Under the pieces are notes generated by a model that had not been told where the DNA came from, did no database searches, and worked only from the letters and a program-made list of their open reading frames with translations. From NCBI GenBank assembly GCA_049320885.1, contig JBMORA010000001.1:338622-402621 (forward strand): 64,000 nt of DNA, in the 5' to 3' direction. Both the position numbers and the translations under genes were made by a program. This document shows positions 51,770 through 61,266 of this stretch, in pieces. The DNA is from Thermodesulfobacteriota bacterium. Its GTDB lineage: Bacteria > Desulfobacterota > Desulfobacteria > Desulfobacterales > SURF-7. How positions within the stretch are numbered: the stretch's first letter is position 1; each line of letters begins with the position of its first letter.

Positions 51770-52567
51770 ATGCGAATCCAAAACGCCGCCATCCGTAACC
51801 GCCGTGTCTTCCGGCTGCCGGTTCTGATCGGGATGCTGATCGGCCTCGCGGCCTGCGCCGCGCCTTCGGTTCCGCCGACGACAACCCTCCCTCCGCCGGT
51901 GCCGCCGAAACGCATCAGACCCCGGCTGCCGACCATTTCCTACACCATCCAGGTGGGGGCTTTTTCCACCATCGAACGGGCCGCGCTTTACGCCGATCGT
52001 CTGCAGGCCGCAGGCCTGGACGCCTATTATTTTGTCGATGAGGACCGGCTCTGCAAAGTCCGGTTTGAGAAGTTCCCGACCAAAAAAGAGGCCGAAGCCC
52101 GCGCCCTGGTTCTGCAAGCACGGGGTCTGATCGACGAATTTTATATCATTCAGCCCTCCGTCGGCCTAGCCACCACGGCAATGAGCTCGACCCTGCGCAG
52201 CAACCTCGTCTCCACCGCCCACCGGTTCATCGGCACCCCGTATTCCTGGGGAGGGACATCCGTCCGCAGCGGATTCGATTGCAGCGGACTTACCATGACC
52301 GTTTATCGTCTCAATGGCCTGGAGCTGCCCAGGATGGCTCTGTCCCAATACCGGAACGGCGTCCCGGTGGACCGGGACGAACTGCGGCAGGGGGATCTGG
52401 TTTTCTTCGACACCGACTCCTCCGGCGGCATTTCCCATGTGGGCATCTATACCGGCCGGGACCGCTTCATCCACGCCCCCGGCCGCGGCAAGCAGATCCG
52501 CATCGCCTCTCTCTCCAACGCTTATTTCCAGAAACGCTACCGCGGCGCCCGCCGGTATTTTGACTGA
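51770..52567 (+). CDS. SPOR + NlpC/P60 peptidoglycan hydrolase lipoprotein
   Basis: LAAC lipobox, YTIQVGAF, GTPYSWGG, FDCSGL and HVGIY motifs. Confidence 0.9.
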   Translation: MRIQNAAIRNRRVFRLPVLIGMLIGLAACAAPSVPPTTTLPPPVPPKRIRPRLPTISYTIQVGAFSTIERAALYADRLQAAGLDAYYFVDEDRLCKVRFEKFPTKKEAEARALVLQARGLIDEFYIIQPSVGLATTAMSSTLRSNLVSTAHRFIGTPYSWGGTSVRSGFDCSGLTMTVYRLNGLELPRMALSQYRNGVPVDRDELRQGDLVFFDTDSSGGISHVGIYTGRDRFIHAPGRGKQIRIASLSNAYFQKRYRGARRYFD

Positions 52568-52600
52568 AACGCAGGCCGGAATCGAAGCCCACTTTTTCTC

Positions 52601-52651
52601 TTGACAGTTTTATGTTTTTGTTTTAAACACTTTTTTAAAACATTTGTTTAA
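52601..52651 (+). promoter_or_regulatory. Promoter/operator of the TetR-ABC efflux operon
   Basis: TTGACA-N17-TAAACA with repeated AAACA half-sites and an AAACA-tt-TGTTT inverted repeat. Confidence 0.5.
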
Positions 52652-52678
52652 TTTTTCCATGTTCCAAAGGAGCGCCCA

Positions 52679-53386
52679 ATGACGGCAGCCGAAGGCGAGG
52701 GCAAATCGACCCGCGAAAAAATAATGGACGTCGCCGCGGAAGTCTTCGGTCGCCGCGGCTTCAAGGCCGCCACGATCCGTGAAATCTGCCGCCGGGCCGA
52801 CGTCAACGTGGCTTCCGTGAATTATTATTTCCAGGGCAAGGAAGGGCTGTATCGCGAAGTGGCCCGGAACCTGATCGCCACCACCTTCGCACGGTATCCG
52901 GTGTCCGTCGAGGCGGAATCGGGTAATCCCCCTGAGCAGCGGCTGCGCACCTTTGTAAGCGCGGTTTTTCATCGCCTGCTGGCACCCGGAGGGCTTTCCG
53001 GATATCCGGGCAAGGGACAGCTGGTGGCCCGGGAACTGGCCGACCCATCCCCGATCCTGGACAGCATCGTCGAGGATTTCATCCGGCCCACGGCCCGGGA
53101 CCTGAGCGGGATCATCATGCTGCTGCTGGGCCCTGCGGCCTCCGAACGGGATGTCATCAAATGCCAGATCAGCGTCATCGGTCAGTGTTTCCACTACGCC
53201 CTGGCCCGGCCGATCCTGACCCGGCTGACCAGGCTGGAACTGTCGGATGAGGATATCCTGGATGAACTGGCCGAACATGTAACCCGTTTTTCCCTGGCCG
53301 GCATCGCCGGCATCCGGGAAGAAATCGGAATCCGGATCAAACCGACCCGGATAAAGAGGGAAAAAACGAAAAAAGGGAGGAAATGA
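52679..53386 (+). CDS. TetR family regulator (CecR/YbiH-like)
   Basis: ATIREICRRADVNVASVNYYFQGKEGLY; heads a ybhGFSR-like operon. Confidence 0.88.
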   Translation: MTAAEGEGKSTREKIMDVAAEVFGRRGFKAATIREICRRADVNVASVNYYFQGKEGLYREVARNLIATTFARYPVSVEAESGNPPEQRLRTFVSAVFHRLLAPGGLSGYPGKGQLVARELADPSPILDSIVEDFIRPTARDLSGIIMLLLGPAASERDVIKCQISVIGQCFHYALARPILTRLTRLELSDEDILDELAEHVTRFSLAGIAGIREEIGIRIKPTRIKREKTKKGRK

Positions 53387-54574
53387 ATGCACAAGCGCCT
53401 TCGCATCGCCATTCCCATCGGCGTGGTGATCGCCGTCATCATCGTCTGGAATGTCTTTTTCCGCAACGGCAATAACCCGGACCGGATTCTGTTGTCCGGC
53501 AATATCGAGGTGAATCAAGTGGATATGGCCTTTAAAATTCCAGGCCGCCTGGCGGAGCGCACGGTCGACGAAGGGGATCGTATTGTCCGTGGCCGTCCGC
53601 TGGCCCGCCTGGACGCCGCCGACCAGCAACTGCTCATGCGCAAAGCCGCCGCCGATCTGGAATACGCCCGGGCGGTTCTGGACGAGCTGACCGCTGGCAG
53701 CCGACCCGAAGAAATCAAACGCGCCGAGGCCCGGATGAAGCAGGCCGGTTTTTTGCTCAAGGAACTGGAAACCGGCAGTCGCTCCCAGGAAGTCGCCGAA
53801 GGAGAGGCGGAGCTGCAACGGGCGGTCGCAGCCCAACAGGCCGCCGCCAGCCGGCGTAATCTCGCCCGGGCGGAACTGGAAAGATTCCAGGCCGTCTATC
53901 AGGAAGGCGGCATCAGCCGCCAGGCCTTCGATTCTTATCACACCGGTTTTGAAACGGCCCAGAACCGACTGGACGAGGCCGAAGCGCGCGTGCTGTCGGT
54001 CCGGCAGCGGTTGAGCATGATCAAGGAGGGGCCCCGGGATGAAAAAATCAGGCAGGCCCGCGCCGCCTTCGAACAGGCCCAGGCGGAATATGACCTGGTG
54101 AAGGAGGGGCCCCGCCGGGAGACCATCGCCCAATCCCGGGCCCGGGCAGCCGCCGCCGAAGAGGCCCTGAATCTGTATAAACAACAGCTGGCCGACACGG
54201 AGCTGATCGCTCCCTTTGACGGCGTGGTGCTCAGCAAGTCAGCCGAACCCGGGGCCTATCTGAATCCCGGAACACCGGTTATGACGGTGGCGGAAATGGA
54301 CCGCGTTTTCCTCCGGGCGTTCATCAGCGAAACCGATCTGGGGCGAATCAAACATGGACAGTCCGCGGAAATCGCAACCGACGCCTATCCCGGCAAGGTC
54401 TATCCCGGGCGGGTGAGCTTCATCGCAAGCCAGGCGGAGTTCACGCCGAAATCCGTGCAGACGTTTGAAGAGCGTGTCAATCTGATGTACCGGATCAAGA
54501 TCGACCTGGAAAATCAGCACGGCGAACTCAAGCCGGGCATGCCGGCCGATGCCTGGATCAACGTGAAACAATGA
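53387..54574 (+). CDS. HlyD family membrane fusion protein (YbhG-like)
   Basis: LSGNIE, long coiled coil, AEFTPKSVQT and LKPGMPAD motifs. Confidence 0.9.
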   Translation: MHKRLRIAIPIGVVIAVIIVWNVFFRNGNNPDRILLSGNIEVNQVDMAFKIPGRLAERTVDEGDRIVRGRPLARLDAADQQLLMRKAAADLEYARAVLDELTAGSRPEEIKRAEARMKQAGFLLKELETGSRSQEVAEGEAELQRAVAAQQAAASRRNLARAELERFQAVYQEGGISRQAFDSYHTGFETAQNRLDEAEARVLSVRQRLSMIKEGPRDEKIRQARAAFEQAQAEYDLVKEGPRRETIAQSRARAAAAEEALNLYKQQLADTELIAPFDGVVLSKSAEPGAYLNPGTPVMTVAEMDRVFLRAFISETDLGRIKHGQSAEIATDAYPGKVYPGRVSFIASQAEFTPKSVQTFEERVNLMYRIKIDLENQHGELKPGMPADAWINVKQ

Positions 54575-56511
54575 AACGACATCCCGCCGTGATATCCACC
54601 CGGGAACTGACCAGAAAATTCGGCGACTTCACCGCCGTGGACGGAATTTCCCTGAACGTGGAAAAAGGTGAAATCTACGGCCTCGTTGGTCCGGACGGCG
54701 CCGGTAAAACCACCACCTTGCGGATGCTGGCCGGTATCCTGGATCCCTCCGCGGGCGAAATCCAGGTGGCCGGCTGCCTGCTTCCCGGGCAACGTTCGGA
54801 AGTCAAGGAACATCTCGCTTACATGAGCCAGCGCTTCGGACTCTATCCGGATCTCACGGTGCTGGAAAACATTCTCTTTTACGCGGATCTGTACGGCGTT
54901 CCCCGCAAGGGCCGCGAACGGATCATCAACGATCTGTTGGATTTTTCCAGTATGCGGCCATTCAAAAAACGCTTGGCCGCGGCCCTTTCCGGCGGCATGA
55001 AACAAAAGCTTCAGCTGGTCTGCGCCCTGATTCACACCCCGGAAGTGTTGCTGCTGGACGAACCTACCAACGGCGTGGATCCGGTCAGCCGGCGGGATTT
55101 CTGGCGGATTCTCTATCGCTTGTTGAAAAACGGCGTAACCATTCTGGTGACCACCGCCTATCTGGACGAGGCGGAACGCTGCAGCCGGGTGGGTTTGATG
55201 AACGCGGGCCGCATCATCGCCGAAGGTACGCCCCGGGAAATCCGTGACACCATGCCCGCCAGGATTCTTTCGGTCAGAAGCCCCCGGGCCCGCAACGCTA
55301 GCCTGGCCTTGCGACGAGACCTGACCGATGCCCTCAATGTGAATGTCTACGGCGATAAAGTCCATGTGGTCTGCACCGATCCGTCCGCGACGGCCGATCG
55401 GGCCGCGGCCGTGCTGCTTCGGGAAAACATAGAGGCTGACGAAATCAAGGAAATCAATCCCAGTCTGGAAGATGTGTTCGTCAGCACCCTCGGAGCCCCA
55501 GGCCGGACCGAAACCGCCGGTTCCTTCCACACCCCGGCGGATATGATGCCAGCGAAGGCATCGAAAGAGGAATATGCCGTGGAAGTCACCGAACTGTCCC
55601 GCCGTTTCGGCGATTTCACCGCGGTCGACCGGATCAGCTTCACCGTGCCCCAAGGCGAAATTTTCGGCTTTCTCGGTCCCAACGGCGCCGGAAAAAGCAC
55701 CACCATCCGAATGCTTTGCGGTCTCCTCACCCCCACCACGGGAGGCGGCTGGGTGGCCGGCTTCGACATCGCCACCCAGGCGGAAGCGATCAAGTCCAGC
55801 ATCGGCTACATGAGCCAGAAATTCTCCCTGTACGAAGACTTGACGGTTGCCGAGAATATCGATTTTTACGGCGGCATATACGGACTGGGGGGCAAGCGCC
55901 TGGCGGAACGGAAAACCTGGTCCCTGGACATGGCCGGTCTCACCGGCCGGGAAAACGCCCCCGCCCGGCTGCTGGCCGGAGGATGGAAACAGCGGCTGTC
56001 CCTGGCCTGCGCCATTCTGCACCGTCCGCCCATCGTCTTTCTGGATGAGCCCACCAGCGGGGTGGACCCGCTCAGCCGCCGCAGGTTCTGGGATTTGATC
56101 TACGAAATGGCCGGGCAAGGCGTCACCGTCTTCGTTACCACCCATTACATGGAGGAAGCCGAATACTGCGACCGGGTGGCCTTGATTTATCGCGGCCGGA
56201 TGATCGCTCTGGACACGCCCCATCGGCTCAAGCTGGGGCTGTTGCAAGGAGCCTTCCTGGATGTGCGCTGTCAGCAGCCCCAGGATGTCATCGACGAACT
56301 GGAACGCCTGCCCGGCGTCCGGGATGCGGCCCTTTTCGGGGCCGGCCTGCACGTGAAAGCGGATGATGCGGAAAAGGCCGAAACCGGCATCGCCGAACTG
56401 CTGCGGGGGAAAGGGGTTCAGGACGTTTCCATCTCCCGGATCATGCCGAACATGGAAGACGTTTTCGTCACCCTGATCGAAAAAGAAGACGCCAAGGAAA
56501 ATCCATCATGA
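54571..56511 (+). CDS. ABC transporter ATP-binding protein, two NBDs (YbhF-like)
   Basis: GPDGAGKT and GPNGAGKS Walker A motifs; two LDEPT. Confidence 0.93.
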   Translation: MKRHPAVISTRELTRKFGDFTAVDGISLNVEKGEIYGLVGPDGAGKTTTLRMLAGILDPSAGEIQVAGCLLPGQRSEVKEHLAYMSQRFGLYPDLTVLENILFYADLYGVPRKGRERIINDLLDFSSMRPFKKRLAAALSGGMKQKLQLVCALIHTPEVLLLDEPTNGVDPVSRRDFWRILYRLLKNGVTILVTTAYLDEAERCSRVGLMNAGRIIAEGTPREIRDTMPARILSVRSPRARNASLALRRDLTDALNVNVYGDKVHVVCTDPSATADRAAAVLLRENIEADEIKEINPSLEDVFVSTLGAPGRTETAGSFHTPADMMPAKASKEEYAVEVTELSRRFGDFTAVDRISFTVPQGEIFGFLGPNGAGKSTTIRMLCGLLTPTTGGGWVAGFDIATQAEAIKSSIGYMSQKFSLYEDLTVAENIDFYGGIYGLGGKRLAERKTWSLDMAGLTGRENAPARLLAGGWKQRLSLACAILHRPPIVFLDEPTSGVDPLSRRRFWDLIYEMAGQGVTVFVTTHYMEEAEYCDRVALIYRGRMIALDTPHRLKLGLLQGAFLDVRCQQPQDVIDELERLPGVRDAALFGAGLHVKADDAEKAETGIAELLRGKGVQDVSISRIMPNMEDVFVTLIEKEDAKENPS

Positions 56512-57653
56512 ACCGATTCCGTTTTCGAAGATTATGGGCGGTCACCCGCAAGGAATTCATCCACGTGATCCGCGATTGGCGCAGCCTGGTGCTCTCCATT
56601 GCCATGCCGATCTTTTTGATCGCCCTGTTCGGCTATGCCCTGACCATGGATCTCACCGATGTGCCCACGGTGATCTGGGACCAGTCGCACACGCCGGAAA
56701 GCCGCGAACTGCTCAGCCTGTTCCATGGCTCCCCCTATTTCTCCCTGGAATACGAAGTGAATACCTATCGCGAACTCCGGAAACGGGTGGACGACAACAG
56801 CGCCCTGGTGGGGCTGGTGATTCCGGGCGATTTTGCCGACGGAATCCGTTCCGGCCGCGCCACTTCCATCCAGACGCTGTTAAACGGCGCCGACGCCAAC
56901 AACGCCAGCCTGGCCATGGGCTACGTAACGGCCATCGGCCAGATTTACAACCGCCACGTGATAGCCGACAGACTTTCAGCCAGGGGAATGACCGCAACCG
57001 GCGCCCAGATGGTGCTGGAACCACGGGCCTGGTACAATCCCGAATTGCGCAGCCGCAACGTCATCATCCCCGGCATCATCGCCCTGGTGATGGTGGTCAT
57101 CGCCGCCATGCTCACCAGCGTCACGGTGGCCCGGGAATGGGAAACCGGTACCATGGAAATGCTGATCAGCACTCCCATCCGGGTGCCGGAACTGGTCATC
57201 GGGAAAGTCATCCCCTACTTTGTCATCGGTCTTGCGGATGTGGCCATCGCCGTCGTGATGGGCCACGCCGTGTTCGGCGTCCCCCTGCGGGGCAGCGCCG
57301 GACTGATTTTCGCATCCGCCTCGGTGTTTCTCACCGGCGCCCTGTTTCTCGGCCTGCTCCTCAGCATCGCGCTGAAAAACCAGGTGCTGGCCAACCAACT
57401 GGCCCTGTTTTCCGGCTACCTGCCCACCCTGCTGCTTTCCGGATTCGTTTTCGGAATCCACAACATGCCGCCACCCATTCAGGTGATCACCTATATCGTC
57501 CCGGCCCGCTATTTCATCGCGCTGCTGCGGGGAATTTTTCTCAAAGGCATCGGACTGGAAATTTTGTGGCTCAACGCCCTGCTTCTCGGGATTTACGCCA
57601 CGGTGATGGTAGTGCTGGCCCACAAGAAAATGATCCTGAAGCTGGAAGGATGA
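56508..57653 (+). CDS. ABC-2 type permease (YbhS-like)
   Basis: KEFIHVIRD, WYNPEL and REWETGTME motifs. Confidence 0.9.
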   Translation: MNRFRFRRLWAVTRKEFIHVIRDWRSLVLSIAMPIFLIALFGYALTMDLTDVPTVIWDQSHTPESRELLSLFHGSPYFSLEYEVNTYRELRKRVDDNSALVGLVIPGDFADGIRSGRATSIQTLLNGADANNASLAMGYVTAIGQIYNRHVIADRLSARGMTATGAQMVLEPRAWYNPELRSRNVIIPGIIALVMVVIAAMLTSVTVAREWETGTMEMLISTPIRVPELVIGKVIPYFVIGLADVAIAVVMGHAVFGVPLRGSAGLIFASASVFLTGALFLGLLLSIALKNQVLANQLALFSGYLPTLLLSGFVFGIHNMPPPIQVITYIVPARYFIALLRGIFLKGIGLEILWLNALLLGIYATVMVVLAHKKMILKLEG

Positions 57654-57656
57654 CGC

Positions 57657-58778
57657 ATGCGGTATCGCATTCGACAGATGTTGATCAAGGAATTTCTGCA
57701 GATGTTCCGCGACGTGCGGATGCGGATGGTGGTGCTGGGAATGCCGCTGGTGCAACTCACGGTCCTGGCCTTTGCCCTCACCACGGACGTCAAGGACATC
57801 CGCATGGCCGTGGTGGATTCGGACTGCACGCCGCAAAGCCGGGAATTGATCGCCGAATTTTCCGCCGGCGGATATTTTCATATTGTCGCCGTGCTGCGTT
57901 CGGACGAAGCCATCCGGCCGCTGCTGGATAACGGGGAGGTGCTGGCCGTTCTGCGGATCCCCAACGGTTTCGGCGCCGACCTTGCCGCCGGGCGCACCAC
58001 CAAGGTTCAGCTGCTGGCGGACGGCACCATGAGCAACGACACGGCCATCACCGCCAATTACGCCAACCAGGTAACGGCGGGATTCAACGAACGCCTGATG
58101 CGACGGAACATCGCCGGGACCGGAATCGCCGCGACACCGATGGATGTGCGGATCCGCGCCTGGTACAACCCCAATCTGGAAAGCAAATACTATTTCATTC
58201 CCGGATTGATCGCCGTCATGCTCATCCTCATCGGCCTGGTGCTCACCAGTCTCGCCATCGTCCGGGAAAAGGAAATCGGCACCATCGAGCAGGTGATGGT
58301 GACGCCCATCCGCAGGATCGAATTCATTCTCGGCAAAACCCTACCGTTTCTCATCACCGGCTACATCACCATGAGCATGATGTTCCTCATCGCCCTGCTG
58401 GTCTTCGGCATCCGTATCCACGGCAGCCTGCCCCTGCTCTACCTCACCGCCGGAATTTACATGTCGGGAAATCTCGGTCTGGCCCTGCTGGTCAGCGTGA
58501 CCGCCCGGACCCAGCAACAGGCTTTGCTGACCGCTTTTTTCATCCTGGTGCCGTCCATCCTGCTCAGCGGGTTCATTTTTCCCATCCGCAACATGCCGGA
58601 ATCGGTCCAGTTGCTGACCCTGCTCAACCCCATGCGCTGGTTCCTGCAGATCATGCACGGAATCGTGGTGAAAGGTGTGGGTTTGGGAACCCTCTGGACG
58701 CCCATCCTGGTCCAGACGGCGCTGACGTTCAGCTTCCTGTCACTGGCCGTCATGAAATTCAGAAAAACCCTGGAGTAG
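57657..58778 (+). CDS. ABC-2 type permease (YbhR-like)
   Basis: KEFLQMFRD, WYNPNL and REKEIGTIEQ motifs. Confidence 0.9.
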   Translation: MRYRIRQMLIKEFLQMFRDVRMRMVVLGMPLVQLTVLAFALTTDVKDIRMAVVDSDCTPQSRELIAEFSAGGYFHIVAVLRSDEAIRPLLDNGEVLAVLRIPNGFGADLAAGRTTKVQLLADGTMSNDTAITANYANQVTAGFNERLMRRNIAGTGIAATPMDVRIRAWYNPNLESKYYFIPGLIAVMLILIGLVLTSLAIVREKEIGTIEQVMVTPIRRIEFILGKTLPFLITGYITMSMMFLIALLVFGIRIHGSLPLLYLTAGIYMSGNLGLALLVSVTARTQQQALLTAFFILVPSILLSGFIFPIRNMPESVQLLTLLNPMRWFLQIMHGIVVKGVGLGTLWTPILVQTALTFSFLSLAVMKFRKTLE

Positions 58779-58782
58779 AAAC

Positions 58783-60144
58783 ATGTTTCCAAAGACGAAC
58801 AATCACCGGAGAAACCCATGGAAAACAGGTGCGTTGCTGATGCGCCTGTTGCTCTCGGCCGCCACCTGTTGCTCCCTTTCCGGACCGGCCGACGCCGATG
58901 AACTGACGCTTTCCGGGGCGGTGAAAGAAGCCCTGGCCGGCAATCCCCAAATCGCCGAGGCCGCCGCCTACCGGCAGGCGGCCGGATACGGTGAAAAAGC
59001 CGCCTTCGCGGATTTTTTCCCTAAATTGTACGGGGCTTATGGATTCCGCAATCTGTCCGAGGAACCCTTTGTCAACCTCGGCGGGCACAAGGCGGTGATC
59101 AACTCCACCCATCAGCATCATTGGGAGGTCGGCCTGACCCAACCCCTCTTCACCGGTTTTGCCGTCAGCGCCCAGCACCGCCTGGCCGCCCTGGGATTGG
59201 AAACCTACGAGCTGAAACTCCGTCAGGCGAAAATTTCCGTGGCGCGGGAGGTGAAACGCGCCTATTTCTCCCTGTTGCTGGCCGAAAAAAATTTCGCCGT
59301 CGCGCAAACCGCGGAAAAAAATCTGATCGCCCACGAGGAAGACGCCCGGCGCTTCCACGACCAGGGCCTGATTCCGCGGAACGATCTGCTCAAGGCCGGG
59401 GTCGCCAAAGCCGATACAACCCGGCAACGCATCCAGGCCGCCGCCGGGGTCCGGACCGCAAGATCCCTGTTCAACGTTCTGCTGGGAAGAGAATACGGCG
59501 CCGCGACGACCGTCGCCGATGTGAATACCGTCCATCAGCCGGAACCCGACCGGAACTCCCTGATGGAGGAAGCCCTGGGGAAACGACCGGAACTGGATAT
59601 TCTGTCCCGGGCGATGGCCGCCGGGGAACAGGAAATCCGGCTGGCCCAAAGCGACTACTACCCCCGTGTGGAAGCGGTGGGTAAATATGAACAGGACGGC
59701 GAGGATTTCGGCGCCCGGCAAAACCGTTTCAACAATGAATACAACGCCAGTTTCGGCATTCAGGCCCGCTGGAATTTCTTCGAGGCCGGCAAAACCAGGG
59801 CAAAGTCGGCCAAGGCCCGCTGGGAGCGGGAGGCGTTGGAGAAAGCCCTCGAGAAAATGCGGGATGAGGTGCGCCTGCAGGTGCAGGAAGCCTGCCTGGA
59901 CCTCGAGGTGGCCACGGAAAACATCGCCGTTACCGGTAAGGCCCTGGAACAGGCCCGGGAGCACTGGCGGATCACCAACACGCGGTATCTTCAACAGCTG
60001 ACCACCTCCACGGAAGTATTGGACGCCCGCACCTATCTCACCCGGGCGGAGACCGGCCATTATGAGGCCCTCTATGGGTACGGGATGGCGCTGGCGGATC
60101 TGGATTTCGCGGCGGGCAGGATCGGCTGCGGGGAATCCGAGTGA
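58783..60144 (+). CDS. TolC family outer-membrane protein
   Basis: Signal peptide, LTQPLFTG and two OEP repeats; last gene of the ABC operon. Confidence 0.88.
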   Translation: MFPKTNNHRRNPWKTGALLMRLLLSAATCCSLSGPADADELTLSGAVKEALAGNPQIAEAAAYRQAAGYGEKAAFADFFPKLYGAYGFRNLSEEPFVNLGGHKAVINSTHQHHWEVGLTQPLFTGFAVSAQHRLAALGLETYELKLRQAKISVAREVKRAYFSLLLAEKNFAVAQTAEKNLIAHEEDARRFHDQGLIPRNDLLKAGVAKADTTRQRIQAAAGVRTARSLFNVLLGREYGAATTVADVNTVHQPEPDRNSLMEEALGKRPELDILSRAMAAGEQEIRLAQSDYYPRVEAVGKYEQDGEDFGARQNRFNNEYNASFGIQARWNFFEAGKTRAKSAKARWEREALEKALEKMRDEVRLQVQEACLDLEVATENIAVTGKALEQAREHWRITNTRYLQQLTTSTEVLDARTYLTRAETGHYEALYGYGMALADLDFAAGRIGCGESE

Positions 60145-60284
60145 AGAACTGCTGCCTGAAAAAACAGACTTTCCTTCCGTCCATTGATTTTATATAATCA
60201 GGTATCGATAATGAACCATGTAACCGGTCCTGATGATTGCCGCTCGGCCGGTTTCCCGTGCCGGATGCATCGAGGAGAATAACC

Positions 60285-61124
60285 ATGACCTATACGGAAA
60301 TTCATACGGAAAAACGCGGTGAGATCCAGATCATCATGTTCAACCGGCCCGAGGTGCGTAACTGCATCGGACCCGTAACCCACCGGGAACTGGTGGACGC
60401 CTGGGACCGGTTCCGCGAGGACGACTCGGTCAAGGTGGCCGTGATCACGGGCGCCGGAGATCTGGCTTTTTGCTCGGGAGGAGACATCAAGGCCGGCGAG
60501 CAACTGGTGCCGACCACCATCGCCGAAACCGCGGCCCACAATCGGGGGGAACGCCCCGGTATCCTGGGCCCCAGCCGCTGGACCGACATCTACAAGCCCA
60601 TCATCGCCGCCGTCAACGGCGTTGCCTATGCCGGCGGTCTGGAATGGGCCTGTTTCGCCGATATCCGCATCGCCGAGGAGCACGCCACCTTCGGCGTGAC
60701 CTGCCGGAGATGGAACATCGGTCTGGCCGACGGCGGCACCCAGCGGTTGCCGCGGATCATCGGCTTGGGCCGGGCCATGGAACTGATCATCACCGGCCGG
60801 GTCATCGACGCCCGGGAAGCGGAACGCATCGGCCTGGTGAATGAAATTGTTCCCAGGGGGAAATCGCTGGAAAGGGCCCTGGAACTGGCCGGATTCATCT
60901 GCCGCCTGCCCCAGCCGGCCATTCGGACCGACAAGGAAGCGACGGTGCGCGGTTTCGGTCTCCCCCTCCAGGAAGGTCTGCGGATCGAGGCAGAATGCTT
61001 CAACCGTCTCCTGTCCACCCCGGAAATCGTGGAAGGCCGTCGCCGCTTTCTGGAAAGAGACCATCCGGACCGGCGCAAAGGGGAAACGCCGCTCACACCG
61101 GGTTTGTCGGCGGCGGACTTGTAA
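60285..61124 (+). CDS. Enoyl-CoA hydratase/isomerase family protein
   Basis: FNRPEVRN, AFCSGGDI, KPIIAAVNGVAYAGGLE and GGTQRLPR motifs; GAGGAG RBS. Confidence 0.9.
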   Translation: MTYTEIHTEKRGEIQIIMFNRPEVRNCIGPVTHRELVDAWDRFREDDSVKVAVITGAGDLAFCSGGDIKAGEQLVPTTIAETAAHNRGERPGILGPSRWTDIYKPIIAAVNGVAYAGGLEWACFADIRIAEEHATFGVTCRRWNIGLADGGTQRLPRIIGLGRAMELIITGRVIDAREAERIGLVNEIVPRGKSLERALELAGFICRLPQPAIRTDKEATVRGFGLPLQEGLRIEAECFNRLLSTPEIVEGRRRFLERDHPDRRKGETPLTPGLSAADL

Positions 61125-61266
61125 TCCGAAACGCCGTTCCTGTCCGGCAAATCCACCGCCGGGCTTGCAAAATCCAGCCCACTTCCGGTAGGATGATCCT
61201 GTAACGACGACCGGAAGGACTCGTCCTTTTCCGGCCTTATGGAAACGATATCCGGGAGCGGCAACG

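Noticed and set aside
52610..60060. Long alternative ORFs (524, 612, 465, 433 aa) over the ABC efflux operon
   Set aside because: Antisense or off-frame shadows of well-supported genes with low-complexity R/P/G composition.
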